From: a virus
Lineage: Duplodnaviria; Caudoviricetes
Direction: 5' to 3' (one strand)
DNA length: 38,084 bases
IMG/VR virus record: IMGVR_UViG_3300017914_000816
Location: 1-38,084 of that record
A program made the translations under genes and the position numbers. The notes under the pieces were generated by a model that worked only from the letters and a program-made list of their open reading frames with translations, ran no database searches and was not told the origin of the DNA. Below, in pieces: positions 26,838-35,830 of the stretch (positions are counted from its first letter, which is position 1; each line of letters opens with the position of its first letter).

Positions 26838-26991
26838 CTTTTGAAATCATCTCCATCTCTATAGCGTCTATTTTAGCATTTTTATCTAAAATGTCAAGCG
26901 ATTTCATTAACTTTTTGTAAGTAGACTCTGTCCAAAAAACTGTTGCTTCTTCTGTGCCTTTAGTTATAGTTACTTTGTAATATACTGCCAT
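26815..26991 (-). CDS. hypothetical protein (58 aa)
   Basis: MAVYYKVTITKG...DEYEAGH; fills gap, not in track. Confidence 0.5.
   Translation of the reverse strand: MAVYYKVTITKGTEEATVFWTESTYKKLMKSLDILDKNAKIDAIEMEMISKDEYEAGH
26870..26897 (-). promoter_or_regulatory. sigma70-like promoter upstream of the polB unit
   Basis: TTGACA-N16-TAAAAT with TG extended -10; same layout as 7090 and 12406. Confidence 0.6.
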
Positions 26992-27005
26992 AATGTTTGC
27001 CTAAT

Positions 27006-27034
27006 ATATTATGGGGATATTCTCCCCATAATAT
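27006..27034. terminator. perfect 12-bp hairpin after peroxiredoxin (terminator or stability element)
   Basis: ATATTATGGGGA-tattc-TCCCCATAATAT; no clear U-tract. Confidence 0.6.
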
Positions 27035-27039
27035 CAAAT

Positions 27040-27594
27040 TTAACAACCTACTGATTCTTGTTCTAAATATGTCATCATATTTTCAGGTGTTGTTTCAATA
27101 TACGGATCATCGTCTGCTCCGTCATTGTTAATGCCTGGCTCTTGCCACCATTTTTCAATTACACCATTATTGATAACACACATATATCTCCAAGAACGAT
27201 TGCCAAAACCTCTATGATTTTTACCGATCAACATACCCATATATCTAGTAAAGTTACCAGAACCGTCTGGAATAACTTTTACGTTTTTGATTTTAAGTAC
27301 TTCAGCCCAAGCATTCATTACAAATGTATCGTTGACTGAACAACAATAAATTTCATCAATGCCCATGCTTTTGATTTTATCATAGTTTTCTTCAAAACTA
27401 GGAAGTTGTGTCGATGTACAAGTAGGAGTAAATGCTCCAGGTAGACTAAACAATACTACACGTTTACCTTTAAAATAATCGTCTGTAGTTTTTTCAGTCC
27501 ACACACCTTCATCAAAACTACAACCTTGTTCTAAAACAACGTCGCCTTCTCTAACTTTGAAATTTGTTAATGGGATTTTAAATCCTTCTACCAT
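27040..27594 (-). CDS. peroxiredoxin (Prx5/redoxin type)
   Basis: LPGAFTPTCT, SVNDTFVMNAW, IPDGSG, RSWRY. Confidence 0.93.
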   Translation of the reverse strand: MVEGFKIPLTNFKVREGDVVLEQGCSFDEGVWTEKTTDDYFKGKRVVLFSLPGAFTPTCTSTQLPSFEENYDKIKSMGIDEIYCCSVNDTFVMNAWAEVLKIKNVKVIPDGSGNFTRYMGMLIGKNHRGFGNRSWRYMCVINNGVIEKWWQEPGINNDGADDDPYIETTPENMMTYLEQESVGC

Positions 27595-27610
27595 TTTATG
27601 TTTTTCCTTT

Positions 27611-27892
27611 TTACCACCAATTTGCGGCTATTCCGAATCCAAATACATTAACTAAACTAAAATAGAATGTTAATACTGTTACCCATGCCGCGCCACGTCT
27701 AATTGATGCATAACATTGAGTGACTGATCCAATAAAGAATCCAGGGTATACATACATCATATTTGGATCCCTGGCATTGAATGCCAAGGTTAAACTTGCA
27801 CCGACTGTAAATATAAAACTTACTAATTCAAATGCAAATGCTGTCTTATCACTTTTATATGAGTTAACCCAAAAGGCTTTTATATTCTTCAA
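27611..27892 (-). CDS. three-TM membrane protein
   Basis: Hydrophobic helices; TTG start overlapping upstream stop. Confidence 0.7.
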   Translation of the reverse strand: MKNIKAFWVNSYKSDKTAFAFELVSFIFTVGASLTLAFNARDPNMMYVYPGFFIGSVTQCYASIRRGAAWVTVLTFYFSLVNVFGFGIAANWW

Positions 27893-28164
27893 GTATTTGA
27901 TCCGCCAATTTTACCTACAGTTGCTAGAATATTTTCTAGTGAACCATAATCATCAGCATTTTCTTGGAAGTTGCCTTTATGAGCAGTTCTAATAGCCTTC
28001 TTAAGTACACTAGGCTTAATACTCATTTCTTCTGCGATTGCTTTTACTGTGTCATTAAGACCTTCATTTAGGTCTTCTACTTCTTGCATTACACTAATGC
28101 CTTCATTGATTACCTGAGTTAGTTTTGCTTTTTCCTCAGGATTGAAAACTTTGTCTGCACTCAT
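27889..28164 (-). CDS. DsbA/GapR-like dsDNA-binding protein
   Basis: Helical 91 aa: LNDTVKAIAEEMSIKPSVLKKAIRTAHK pattern; AGGAG RBS. Confidence 0.55.
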   Translation of the reverse strand: MSADKVFNPEEKAKLTQVINEGISVMQEVEDLNEGLNDTVKAIAEEMSIKPSVLKKAIRTAHKGNFQENADDYGSLENILATVGKIGGSNT

Positions 28165-28198
28165 GTGAACTCCTTGTTCTAATTGATATACTTCTCTT

Positions 28199-28227
28199 AT
28201 AATATATGATTATGATACTGAAGTCAA
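28199..28227 (-). promoter_or_regulatory. sigma70-like promoter
   Basis: TTGACT-N17-TATTAT. Confidence 0.65.
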
Positions 28228-28236
28228 CCGTTATTT

Positions 28237-29304
28237 TTATGAAAGTTTAGGGTTGAATTGGAATAGCATTTCTTGTGGTTTTCCAGTAGTAATAATTGCT
28301 GGATTCTTTTTAGCAGTAGTAACTTTGTCAAAATCATCACCTGTAACCATAACACCTACGGCATTATCCGCCATACTAATACCACACAATACTTGCCATG
28401 CACCACCTTGTTCTGATTGTTTATACCAGTCAAAGTTTGCTCTAATATATGCTAATCTAACTGCGTTAGCATCTGCATTTGGTTTTGCGAATTCATTTGC
28501 AACTGCTTGTCCATGTGATTGGAATATTTCTTTAAATACTGCTTCACCCATTTTCTTTTTACCCGCTGGGTCATCTTTGTATGCTGAATTGGCAATATTT
28601 GTAAATGTTTCAATGTTCATACTAGATTGGTTTGCTAGGAATTCTTCAACTGGACCTTTCATTTTGGGATCACTAGTTACTATTTCTAACATTTTATCTC
28701 TGCTAGGAACATTACCTGTTTCACCAAAACGTCCACCACCTGAACCTTTTTTCTCACCAATAGCCGCTTTTACTTCTACAGGAGTATTGCCTACTGTAAC
28801 ATCACCTTTACCTTTGATAGTAATAGTTGAACTTAGAATAGCCAATGCGTGTTCCATTGGACCTTTCATTTGTTTTCCAACACCATATGCTCTCAAATGT
28901 AAAAACACTTCTTTGTTAACTGGACTATCATAACATAGTTTATCAATAGTATATGTTCCTGGTGTAACTAATACTTTTGGATTAATAACTTTGTTAGTAG
29001 CCAAGTTATCAGTAAACTTCATTTTCTCGCCATAGGATAGTGGAGCCTTTGCAATCTCACCTGCAATCTTCATTACTTCAGTGTCTGGGAATTCGTCCTT
29101 TAATACGGATGGTAGTACTGATGTGAATCTATCTAATACTTTGTTCTTGTTTAAAACAGTATAGATTTTATCTAGGACTTGTTCAGCCTGCTTTGCGGCA
29201 TCTTTATCATCAGTATTAGGATCAATTTGATTAATACTGTTGATGATTTCCTTTTTAGCAGTTTCTAAATCTGTGTATTCTCTAATAAATTGTCTGGCTC
29301 GCAT
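28237..29304 (-). CDS. late protein with PD-(D/E)xK-like motif and capsid-targeting-like N-terminus
   Basis: MRARQFIRE N-terminus; GPME...KGDV...VEVKA; ATAAATA at 29329-29335. Confidence 0.6.
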   Translation of the reverse strand: MRARQFIREYTDLETAKKEIINSINQIDPNTDDKDAAKQAEQVLDKIYTVLNKNKVLDRFTSVLPSVLKDEFPDTEVMKIAGEIAKAPLSYGEKMKFTDNLATNKVINPKVLVTPGTYTIDKLCYDSPVNKEVFLHLRAYGVGKQMKGPMEHALAILSSTITIKGKGDVTVGNTPVEVKAAIGEKKGSGGGRFGETGNVPSRDKMLEIVTSDPKMKGPVEEFLANQSSMNIETFTNIANSAYKDDPAGKKKMGEAVFKEIFQSHGQAVANEFAKPNADANAVRLAYIRANFDWYKQSEQGGAWQVLCGISMADNAVGVMVTGDDFDKVTTAKKNPAIITTGKPQEMLFQFNPKLS

Positions 29305-29334
29305 TATGCTTTATCCTATATTATAAATTATTTA

Positions 29335-30468
29335 TCACTTTATTAACTCAAAGTTCCATGGAATATATTGCCGATAATTAATATTCTTAACAGGTCCAAA
29401 CGAATCAACATAAGCATGAAACAGTTTTATTTGCTCTGGTGTATTAGTTTGCTTAATACAACCTTCTAAATAACTAATAACATCTTTATATTTGTTAGCA
29501 TCTATTTCTTTTATATTATCAATCGATTCTTGTAATACTTCATTTGGACATAATGATGCGTGTAAGTATTCTTGTTGTCCTAGTGGACCGTAGTCACAGT
29601 TAATGTTTAATCTTTTAGATTCTTTTATAATATCAGAAATTTGATGAACATTAAACACATGAACAACATAATGCCACATCTTTTTGATATTTTTATATTG
29701 ATTTATTAACTCCATTCTTTCTAAAAACCAGTCGTAATTATGTGGAGGTCTTACTACTTCATATAAATCGTAAACACCATCTATACTTATTTCTATAAAA
29801 ACATCATTGAACTTTTGTATTTTATCTAAGTATTCTTTTGATACACTTCCGTTTGTTGTAAAGGAAAGTTTACCTTGATAATTTTCTTCTTTAAGCATAT
29901 CTAGTATTTTGTGTAACTCTGGATGCATAAAAGGCTCGCCACCATTAAATTCTATTTGATTAAATTTATTTAAGTGACTTTTTATTTCTTCAGATTTAAT
30001 CCAGTCAACAATACTTTCTAGTTTTAAGTTGCCACTTTCAACGACCTTTTTAGTAAATTGTTGTCTTTTAAACTTTTCTTGCATAAAGTAATCATTTGGA
30101 TTATTTTCTAAAACTTTTTTATAATCTAGTCCAACTAAATGACTGCGTTGTGGCCTACATATATTGCAAGACTTATTACAGATATTACTATAAGCAAAAT
30201 GTAATTTCTTTATCTTCTTATTATTAGCCTGCGTTCTTAAACTATGCCCACTAATTTCTTCGTCTTTATAACAACGTCTACATCCTTCGATATATTCATT
30301 ATTATTCATTTGTTTTTTAATATTTGATAACCAGTCGCTTTGAAAATATTCAGTCGGTGTTACATAACTAGGTTCGTCTTTACTTCTAAACTGACAACAA
30401 GGTGCCGCTCTACCTGTTACGTCATAGTGTAACCCATGATCGATATAATGGCAATATCTACTATTCAT
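29335..30468 (-). CDS. radical SAM protein with N-terminal SPASM/twitch-like domain
   Basis: CNKSCNIC (CxxxCxxC), NGGEPF, TTNGS, ISIDG; N-terminal C..PCC..CRRC. Confidence 0.88.
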   Translation of the reverse strand: MNSRYCHYIDHGLHYDVTGRAAPCCQFRSKDEPSYVTPTEYFQSDWLSNIKKQMNNNEYIEGCRRCYKDEEISGHSLRTQANNKKIKKLHFAYSNICNKSCNICRPQRSHLVGLDYKKVLENNPNDYFMQEKFKRQQFTKKVVESGNLKLESIVDWIKSEEIKSHLNKFNQIEFNGGEPFMHPELHKILDMLKEENYQGKLSFTTNGSVSKEYLDKIQKFNDVFIEISIDGVYDLYEVVRPPHNYDWFLERMELINQYKNIKKMWHYVVHVFNVHQISDIIKESKRLNINCDYGPLGQQEYLHASLCPNEVLQESIDNIKEIDANKYKDVISYLEGCIKQTNTPEQIKLFHAYVDSFGPVKNINYRQYIPWNFELIK

Positions 30469-31109
30469 TATTTTTCTGATTCGTCTTTATAATTCCACTC
30501 GTCAGTATGTCCTACACTCCATTTAGGATTATTTTCTACTGTGTAGTTTTGTGTGCAAACTTTAAAGTCTGGTGTTTGTCTTTTACCTAATACTAAACTT
30601 TGATCTGTAAACACTATTCTATTATTTGGTTGTGCGGCAAACTGTCCATTGTCTAACTTAATAACATTAAAGGATTTGTGTTCGGGGTCATGTTCGGATA
30701 AGTTTTGGTTCAAATAGTTCCTATCTCTATGGGCGTTATCTATTGTGAAGAGGTATTCACCTTTGTGCATTTTTTTATCTTTGCCAAAGAACTCACAATC
30801 ACACAACATCGGCTTTTTAATTACAGTGATATCATAATCAAAGCAATCCCAAATCTGCAACGTATCTAACGGCAATTGGTCTTCCGTGTTATAATCCTTC
30901 TTCCAGACAAATGCACTGAGAGGTAATTTATCAAACAATGCGCCGTAGTCTGTGAGGAGTGTTTCGAAGTACAATGCTTTTCCTTCAACACTCTTAACTG
31001 ATATCCAAATACCCGGCGTTAGTTCTCCATGCCCGTACTCGAGATCATATAGATACTCTTTCTTTACATAAACATCTACTGGGGGTAAATTATGAACTAA
31101 AAACGCCAT
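30468..31109 (-). CDS. phage hypothetical protein
   Basis: MAFLVHNLPP...QIWDCF...EHK...GQFAAQPNNR; CTAAATA at 31148-31154 upstream. Confidence 0.8.
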   Translation of the reverse strand: MAFLVHNLPPVDVYVKKEYLYDLEYGHGELTPGIWISVKSVEGKALYFETLLTDYGALFDKLPLSAFVWKKDYNTEDQLPLDTLQIWDCFDYDITVIKKPMLCDCEFFGKDKKMHKGEYLFTIDNAHRDRNYLNQNLSEHDPEHKSFNVIKLDNGQFAAQPNNRIVFTDQSLVLGKRQTPDFKVCTQNYTVENNPKWSVGHTDEWNYKDESEK

Positions 31110-31146
31110 ACACAAATCCTTAAATCTTTTTAAATTTAATGTACTA

Positions 31147-31437
31147 CTATTTAGTTAGAATTTCTATGACAAGTTCGCCTTGTCCTTTAATTACTCTGTG
31201 GTATTTCTCTTTGGGAATAAAATGCGATTCGCCCATTATTAAGTCTTTGGGCAGTTCATTGTCCATTTGTAGTTTCCACCCATTACTACTAATAACTTTA
31301 ATAGTACGATCTTCAGCGTCTCTGTGCCATACTAAATCTTCGGGCCAGACTTCTGCTGGAAAAGTCCTTATTCTTTTGTTGTTTGGAAAGTCCTCTTCTA
31401 AGAAAGGATATATGTTACCACCAAGTTCCACCGCCAC
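31147..31437 (-). CDS. small cupin-like protein
   Basis: LVWHRD...FIPKEKYHRVIKG; start uncertain. Confidence 0.65.
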   Translation of the reverse strand: MAVELGGNIYPFLEEDFPNNKRIRTFPAEVWPEDLVWHRDAEDRTIKVISSNGWKLQMDNELPKDLIMGESHFIPKEKYHRVIKGQGELVIEILTK

Positions 31438-31996
31438 TTAATCCTAAACTTTTTGCATAACGTGGTAAACGACAAGCCCAATAGCCTGCTTTTGTTTTGT
31501 CTTTTTTGTTTTCGCAGTCGTGTCTACTAGCAAAACTTTTTCTTGCTTTTGGATCTCTCAATTTAACTGAAAGTTTTCCACCGCCACCTTCTGCACCAAA
31601 TTCAACTTTTACTACATTACCTGTTTTTGGATTTTTAGTGTAGACGTAGAACTTTTTACTACCACCACGTTTTGGTTTATTGAGATCAACATCTTTGCCT
31701 CTATACTCTGCTTCGCCAAGATGCTTTTGATGATTCTCTTCATCAATAATCATATCTAATGGAACATCGCCCCATCTAGTTTGCTCCCACTCTCCAAGTA
31801 GTGTATCGCGTAGGATTTCTTCGTCAAACCAATGTAAGTTTTTTAACTTACCTTCGTTATATAGTTTCCTCGACTCTCTATACATTTTAAAGTATTCGTC
31901 ACTACCCATACGAAAAACTGATTCGTGTAGTGGGATATTATTAGTAAGGTGATATTGTACACCTTCATTGCCTGGTAGTATTTCTCTGTACTTCAT
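31415..31996 (-). CDS. late protein, acidic N-domain plus basic C-domain (candidate internal head/DNA-binding)
   Basis: TATAAATA 5 nt before ATG; C-terminal KKFYVY...VEFG...RKSFASRH...AGYWAC. Confidence 0.75.
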   Translation of the reverse strand: MKYREILPGNEGVQYHLTNNIPLHESVFRMGSDEYFKMYRESRKLYNEGKLKNLHWFDEEILRDTLLGEWEQTRWGDVPLDMIIDEENHQKHLGEAEYRGKDVDLNKPKRGGSKKFYVYTKNPKTGNVVKVEFGAEGGGGKLSVKLRDPKARKSFASRHDCENKKDKTKAGYWACRLPRYAKSLGLSGGGTWW

Positions 31997-32001
31997 GTTA
32001 G

Positions 32002-32009
32002 TATTTATA
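32002..32009 (-). promoter_or_regulatory. T4-type late promoter
   Basis: TATAAATA-ctaac-ATG. Confidence 0.75.
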
Positions 32010-32721
32010 CATATTCAGTGAATATGCTTAACCCTGTTTTCTCTATAATTCCGTTATCTAAAAAGTTACTTGCACAATGTAATTTTGCACAATCGAATAT
32101 TATAACATTTCCGGGTACCCAATTACACTCTGTTTCTACACTAAACCCTTCCAACCATTCATTTTTCATATGTCCTGTATCAATGTTTGGCACTCTATTA
32201 TCCTCGTGCAATTTGTATACATCCTCATATGTAAATATGGGCTCATTTCCCTTTTCATACTTTCGTGCAGATTGTTTATTTTTAAAGCACTTTACAGGTC
32301 TATCAAAATACATCTGTTCAAAGATATAAAATTTTGCGTCTGTGTCGTTGGGTACCTTAAACTCTGCATAAACTTTTTCCAATGGTATTACAATACACTT
32401 GCCTGGAAGTATATTGGTGTCATGTGGAACGTCGTTGTGTAGTATGTGTGGTTGTTTAACTTCAAAGTAGTTACCTCCATAGGGTTTAATTTTTTTGCCA
32501 AGTACTTCTTGTACTCTATTCATAATGTCTTGGAAATGGCCATCAACTGCATCTGGTAATGCACTTGCTATTGGTCCTGTGTTCTTAAATACTTTTGCAG
32601 AATCGGGTCTATGCTTATGTACATTTAACAAATGTATTAGTGCTGATTCTGATATAAAGTTTTCAAGTTGTATTGTAGGACTACAATTATCTAGGATTGT
32701 TTGTTGTCTTTGGGTGAGCAT
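32005..32721 (-). CDS. 2OG-Fe(II) oxygenase-like protein
   Basis: HxD (LHND) and distal H (IIFDCAKLHCAS), final K. Confidence 0.65.
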   Translation of the reverse strand: MLTQRQQTILDNCSPTIQLENFISESALIHLLNVHKHRPDSAKVFKNTGPIASALPDAVDGHFQDIMNRVQEVLGKKIKPYGGNYFEVKQPHILHNDVPHDTNILPGKCIVIPLEKVYAEFKVPNDTDAKFYIFEQMYFDRPVKCFKNKQSARKYEKGNEPIFTYEDVYKLHEDNRVPNIDTGHMKNEWLEGFSVETECNWVPGNVIIFDCAKLHCASNFLDNGIIEKTGLSIFTEYV

Positions 32722-32849
32722 TCTTTACATCTACAATGTTTACAAACTTCGATCAAATAAGGTTCGTCATCAGTTCCGTAGTCACGTTCTTCTCTCCATA
32801 ACGGTTGACCACAATGTGATCCGTGTCCGCAATTTTGACAAGCATTCAT
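32691..32849 (-). CDS. Cys/His-rich zinc-binding mini-protein (52 aa)
   Basis: MNACQNCGHGSHCG...VCKHCRCKEC; not in track. Confidence 0.65.
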   Translation of the reverse strand: MNACQNCGHGSHCGQPLWREERDYGTDDEPYLIEVCKHCRCKECSPKDNKQS

Positions 32850-32852
32850 ATA

Positions 32853-35828
32853 CTACACACCTGCTAACTTTTTAAGTCTATCTAGTTCTGCTTTACGTTT
32901 TTTTAATTCGTCTTGCAATTCAGGATCATCTTTAGTATGTTTATTCATTTGGATATCTTGTAATGCTTTTTCTTTTGCTTCGATATCTTTTATTTCTTGA
33001 TCCTTAGTCTTGAACTCATCAACTTTTTTAAGTAACTGTTGTTCTTCTTCTCTAGTCACTTGCTCTCCTTCTTGAACAGTGTCTTCCATTGTTCTTTTGA
33101 TTACTGAATCTTTAACCATATTAGTTGCCGCACCGTATTTTACGGCTTCCCAATCTTTACCATAACGTTTTTTGAAATCAGCATCTGGCATTTTGTCAGC
33201 AATCTTATCACGTTTTTTAATTTGTGCTTTAGTTAATTTTGCTTCTAATAAACCTAAGTCTTGTAATCTATCATAGATCCATTCATCAGGCATACCAGTT
33301 CTTGCTTTCATAACACCATATGGCATTTCGCCTGAGTTTGAATAGTAATCAAATAACTCATCATATACTTTAGAACCGTAATCAATATCTTCTGCATCTG
33401 TAACATTGTGCTTGTCTAAGATTTGTTTAACTTCATCTTCTTCTGTTGCTCCTGCTACAGATTCGTTCAATCTTTTTTCAACTAGTTGTCTATATGAATT
33501 TAATATGTTCTCGTCAATAACACCTTCTGTTTCTGATTCGCCCATCTTACGTTTGTTTAACATACCAAATACTGCATTAGTTAATTTAACTAATCCTTCT
33601 TTAGTATTCATCATCTTTTTCATTTTGGCTTTGTTAGTGTCGTTAACTTTATCATATACTTGAGTAATAGCACTTGCAGTATATAAGTCAACTGTTAGAT
33701 GACCATCGTCTAATTGTACTTTAGCATTTTGCTTGTCTTTAACAATTAATCTTAATCTATCTAATACACTATTGCCTTTTGGAGTTGGCGCATGATCTTC
33801 TTCCATCATAGGTGCAAGGTCTTTTAATAAAAATTCTTTATCGTATCCTTGAGGTTCTAACATATCAATTAGTTTAAGGATTTCTTCTTTAGACCAACCC
33901 TTGCCAATGTAATCGCCTACTTCTGATTCTTCAGCAGGGCCACGGTTTCTAACACCTTTAATAATTGCATCATAAGTACTTTGCACTTTGCCAGTGTTAG
34001 ATTCGTTGATATCTTCGTTTGCTCTTTTTAGTGCGTTTGCAACGCTAGGGTGTTTTGATAAACCTTTTGCAATTTTTTCAATAGTAGCAACTGCACCACT
34101 GTAATTACCTTGTTTGTATCTTGGGTCATTTAATATACCAAATGCTTGTTTAATTTGTTTATCATCGAAACCAAGTGAACCATCGTTTGATTTTTTCATT
34201 AAGTCAGCAAGTTCTTTTTCTAACTTTGGAACATCTTTAGTAGTTAATCCACTTTTAGGTGCATTACGTTTTGCCATAGCAATCTGGTCCTTTTTAGCAT
34301 CAATCTTGTCTTGCAGATTAAGTACATTAACTCCCATTACTGTTCTTGGTTTTGGTTTACCTGTAGTAATATCGATATTAGGATCGTTGTCAACTTTTTT
34401 ATCTCCAGGCCATTTATTTGGATCATCTTCTTTAGTATGCAGATGTGCGTCTACACCAGCAGTATTTTTTAATTTTTTCATATCAGCAAATTTCTTTGCC
34501 GCGGCATAACTTGAAGGTGCTTTAATTTCTTCTTTGCCGTGTTTTGCATGAACTACTGTATATGTGTTATCTTCTTCTGATACAACATCTTCTAACATTG
34601 GATAGTATTTTCTTACTAGTGCGTCACGTTCTTCTTGTTCATCTGGTAAAATGTATCCACGTGTGTTATGTGCTGTCATAATCATATTCATACGTTTTTG
34701 TTCTTCTTCAGTACCAAACATCATAGCAAGTTCTACTGCATTTTCCGTATGCATATTTTCTGCTTCATTGTCTAAGAAATCTGTTTTAGTAAATGTGTAA
34801 TTTACTGGTAAAGGTAATTCTTGTTGTGTATCGTTTTCTTCAATGCCTACAAGTTCATCGAATTCTTTGTGTAAGTCATCATATTCACCATCTTTTAAAT
34901 TTTCCAAGTAGTAATATAATGAATCTAGTTGTGCTTGTTCGCCCGGATCTAATGCATGAACTTTTTCTTGTTGTTTAAAGATTTCAATTTCTTGTTCTAA
35001 TTCACGTCTGTTCATTGTCTCTGGATGCTTGTTAGTGCTTGTCCAAGGACTGTAACTTTCGTTTTCAATACTTTTCTTTTGGAAGTCTGCTAGTTGTTCA
35101 ATAGTATCAAAAGGACCACCTACCATCTTGCCATTTCTAAATGCAGAAAACTTACCGTCTTTGTGTACAGCCGAAATGCCATACTTGTTCATGCCTTTTG
35201 CATCATACTCTTCGATACTTTCATCGTACCCATCGTACTGTCTAAATTCGTCATATGTTATAAACATATCTGTATCTGGGTCATAGTACATACCTTCTTT
35301 TGGATCGTAGTATAATACTTTACCGCTTTTTGTAGGGAATGGACCTTCTAGTCCATCACGTTCTTGATACTTGTCTGTGTCATAATCTGGTAGTTTGTAA
35401 TAGCCCTCACCTAATCCTGCTAGTTGCATCATACGATCAATATCACTATCGGATTTTGCATATGCTGTCTTAGGCTTAGGTAACATTTTTTCAATACCAA
35501 TTAGTTTAGCAATTTTTTGGAAACCTTCCCAACTGCTAACCATTTTTTCATCTTCTTTAGATTGACTACTATCTCTTTGAGCCATCCAATTGTTAATTCT
35601 TGTAGCAAGTTTAGGATCAATTTCAACTACTTCACCATCTTTAAATCTTACAGGATGAGTACCTGATTTTCTTGCTTGAATATTTTGTAAAACTCTAGTA
35701 ACGTCACTTTGTTTAATTGGTTCTTTTTTATCACCAATACCAAACAATTCAATTAATTGTTCTTCACTATAATATTTTCTAGGTTCTAAACGTTCTTGTT
35801 TAGTAACATTAATATCGTTTACTTTCAT
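32853..35828 (-). CDS. large modular acidic protein, candidate internal head polyprotein
   Basis: 991 aa of short domains separated by Glu-rich linkers; ends RLKKLAGV; in late operon. Confidence 0.65.
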   Translation of the reverse strand: MKVNDINVTKQERLEPRKYYSEEQLIELFGIGDKKEPIKQSDVTRVLQNIQARKSGTHPVRFKDGEVVEIDPKLATRINNWMAQRDSSQSKEDEKMVSSWEGFQKIAKLIGIEKMLPKPKTAYAKSDSDIDRMMQLAGLGEGYYKLPDYDTDKYQERDGLEGPFPTKSGKVLYYDPKEGMYYDPDTDMFITYDEFRQYDGYDESIEEYDAKGMNKYGISAVHKDGKFSAFRNGKMVGGPFDTIEQLADFQKKSIENESYSPWTSTNKHPETMNRRELEQEIEIFKQQEKVHALDPGEQAQLDSLYYYLENLKDGEYDDLHKEFDELVGIEENDTQQELPLPVNYTFTKTDFLDNEAENMHTENAVELAMMFGTEEEQKRMNMIMTAHNTRGYILPDEQEERDALVRKYYPMLEDVVSEEDNTYTVVHAKHGKEEIKAPSSYAAAKKFADMKKLKNTAGVDAHLHTKEDDPNKWPGDKKVDNDPNIDITTGKPKPRTVMGVNVLNLQDKIDAKKDQIAMAKRNAPKSGLTTKDVPKLEKELADLMKKSNDGSLGFDDKQIKQAFGILNDPRYKQGNYSGAVATIEKIAKGLSKHPSVANALKRANEDINESNTGKVQSTYDAIIKGVRNRGPAEESEVGDYIGKGWSKEEILKLIDMLEPQGYDKEFLLKDLAPMMEEDHAPTPKGNSVLDRLRLIVKDKQNAKVQLDDGHLTVDLYTASAITQVYDKVNDTNKAKMKKMMNTKEGLVKLTNAVFGMLNKRKMGESETEGVIDENILNSYRQLVEKRLNESVAGATEEDEVKQILDKHNVTDAEDIDYGSKVYDELFDYYSNSGEMPYGVMKARTGMPDEWIYDRLQDLGLLEAKLTKAQIKKRDKIADKMPDADFKKRYGKDWEAVKYGAATNMVKDSVIKRTMEDTVQEGEQVTREEEQQLLKKVDEFKTKDQEIKDIEAKEKALQDIQMNKHTKDDPELQDELKKRKAELDRLKKLAGV

Positions 35829-35830
35829 TT

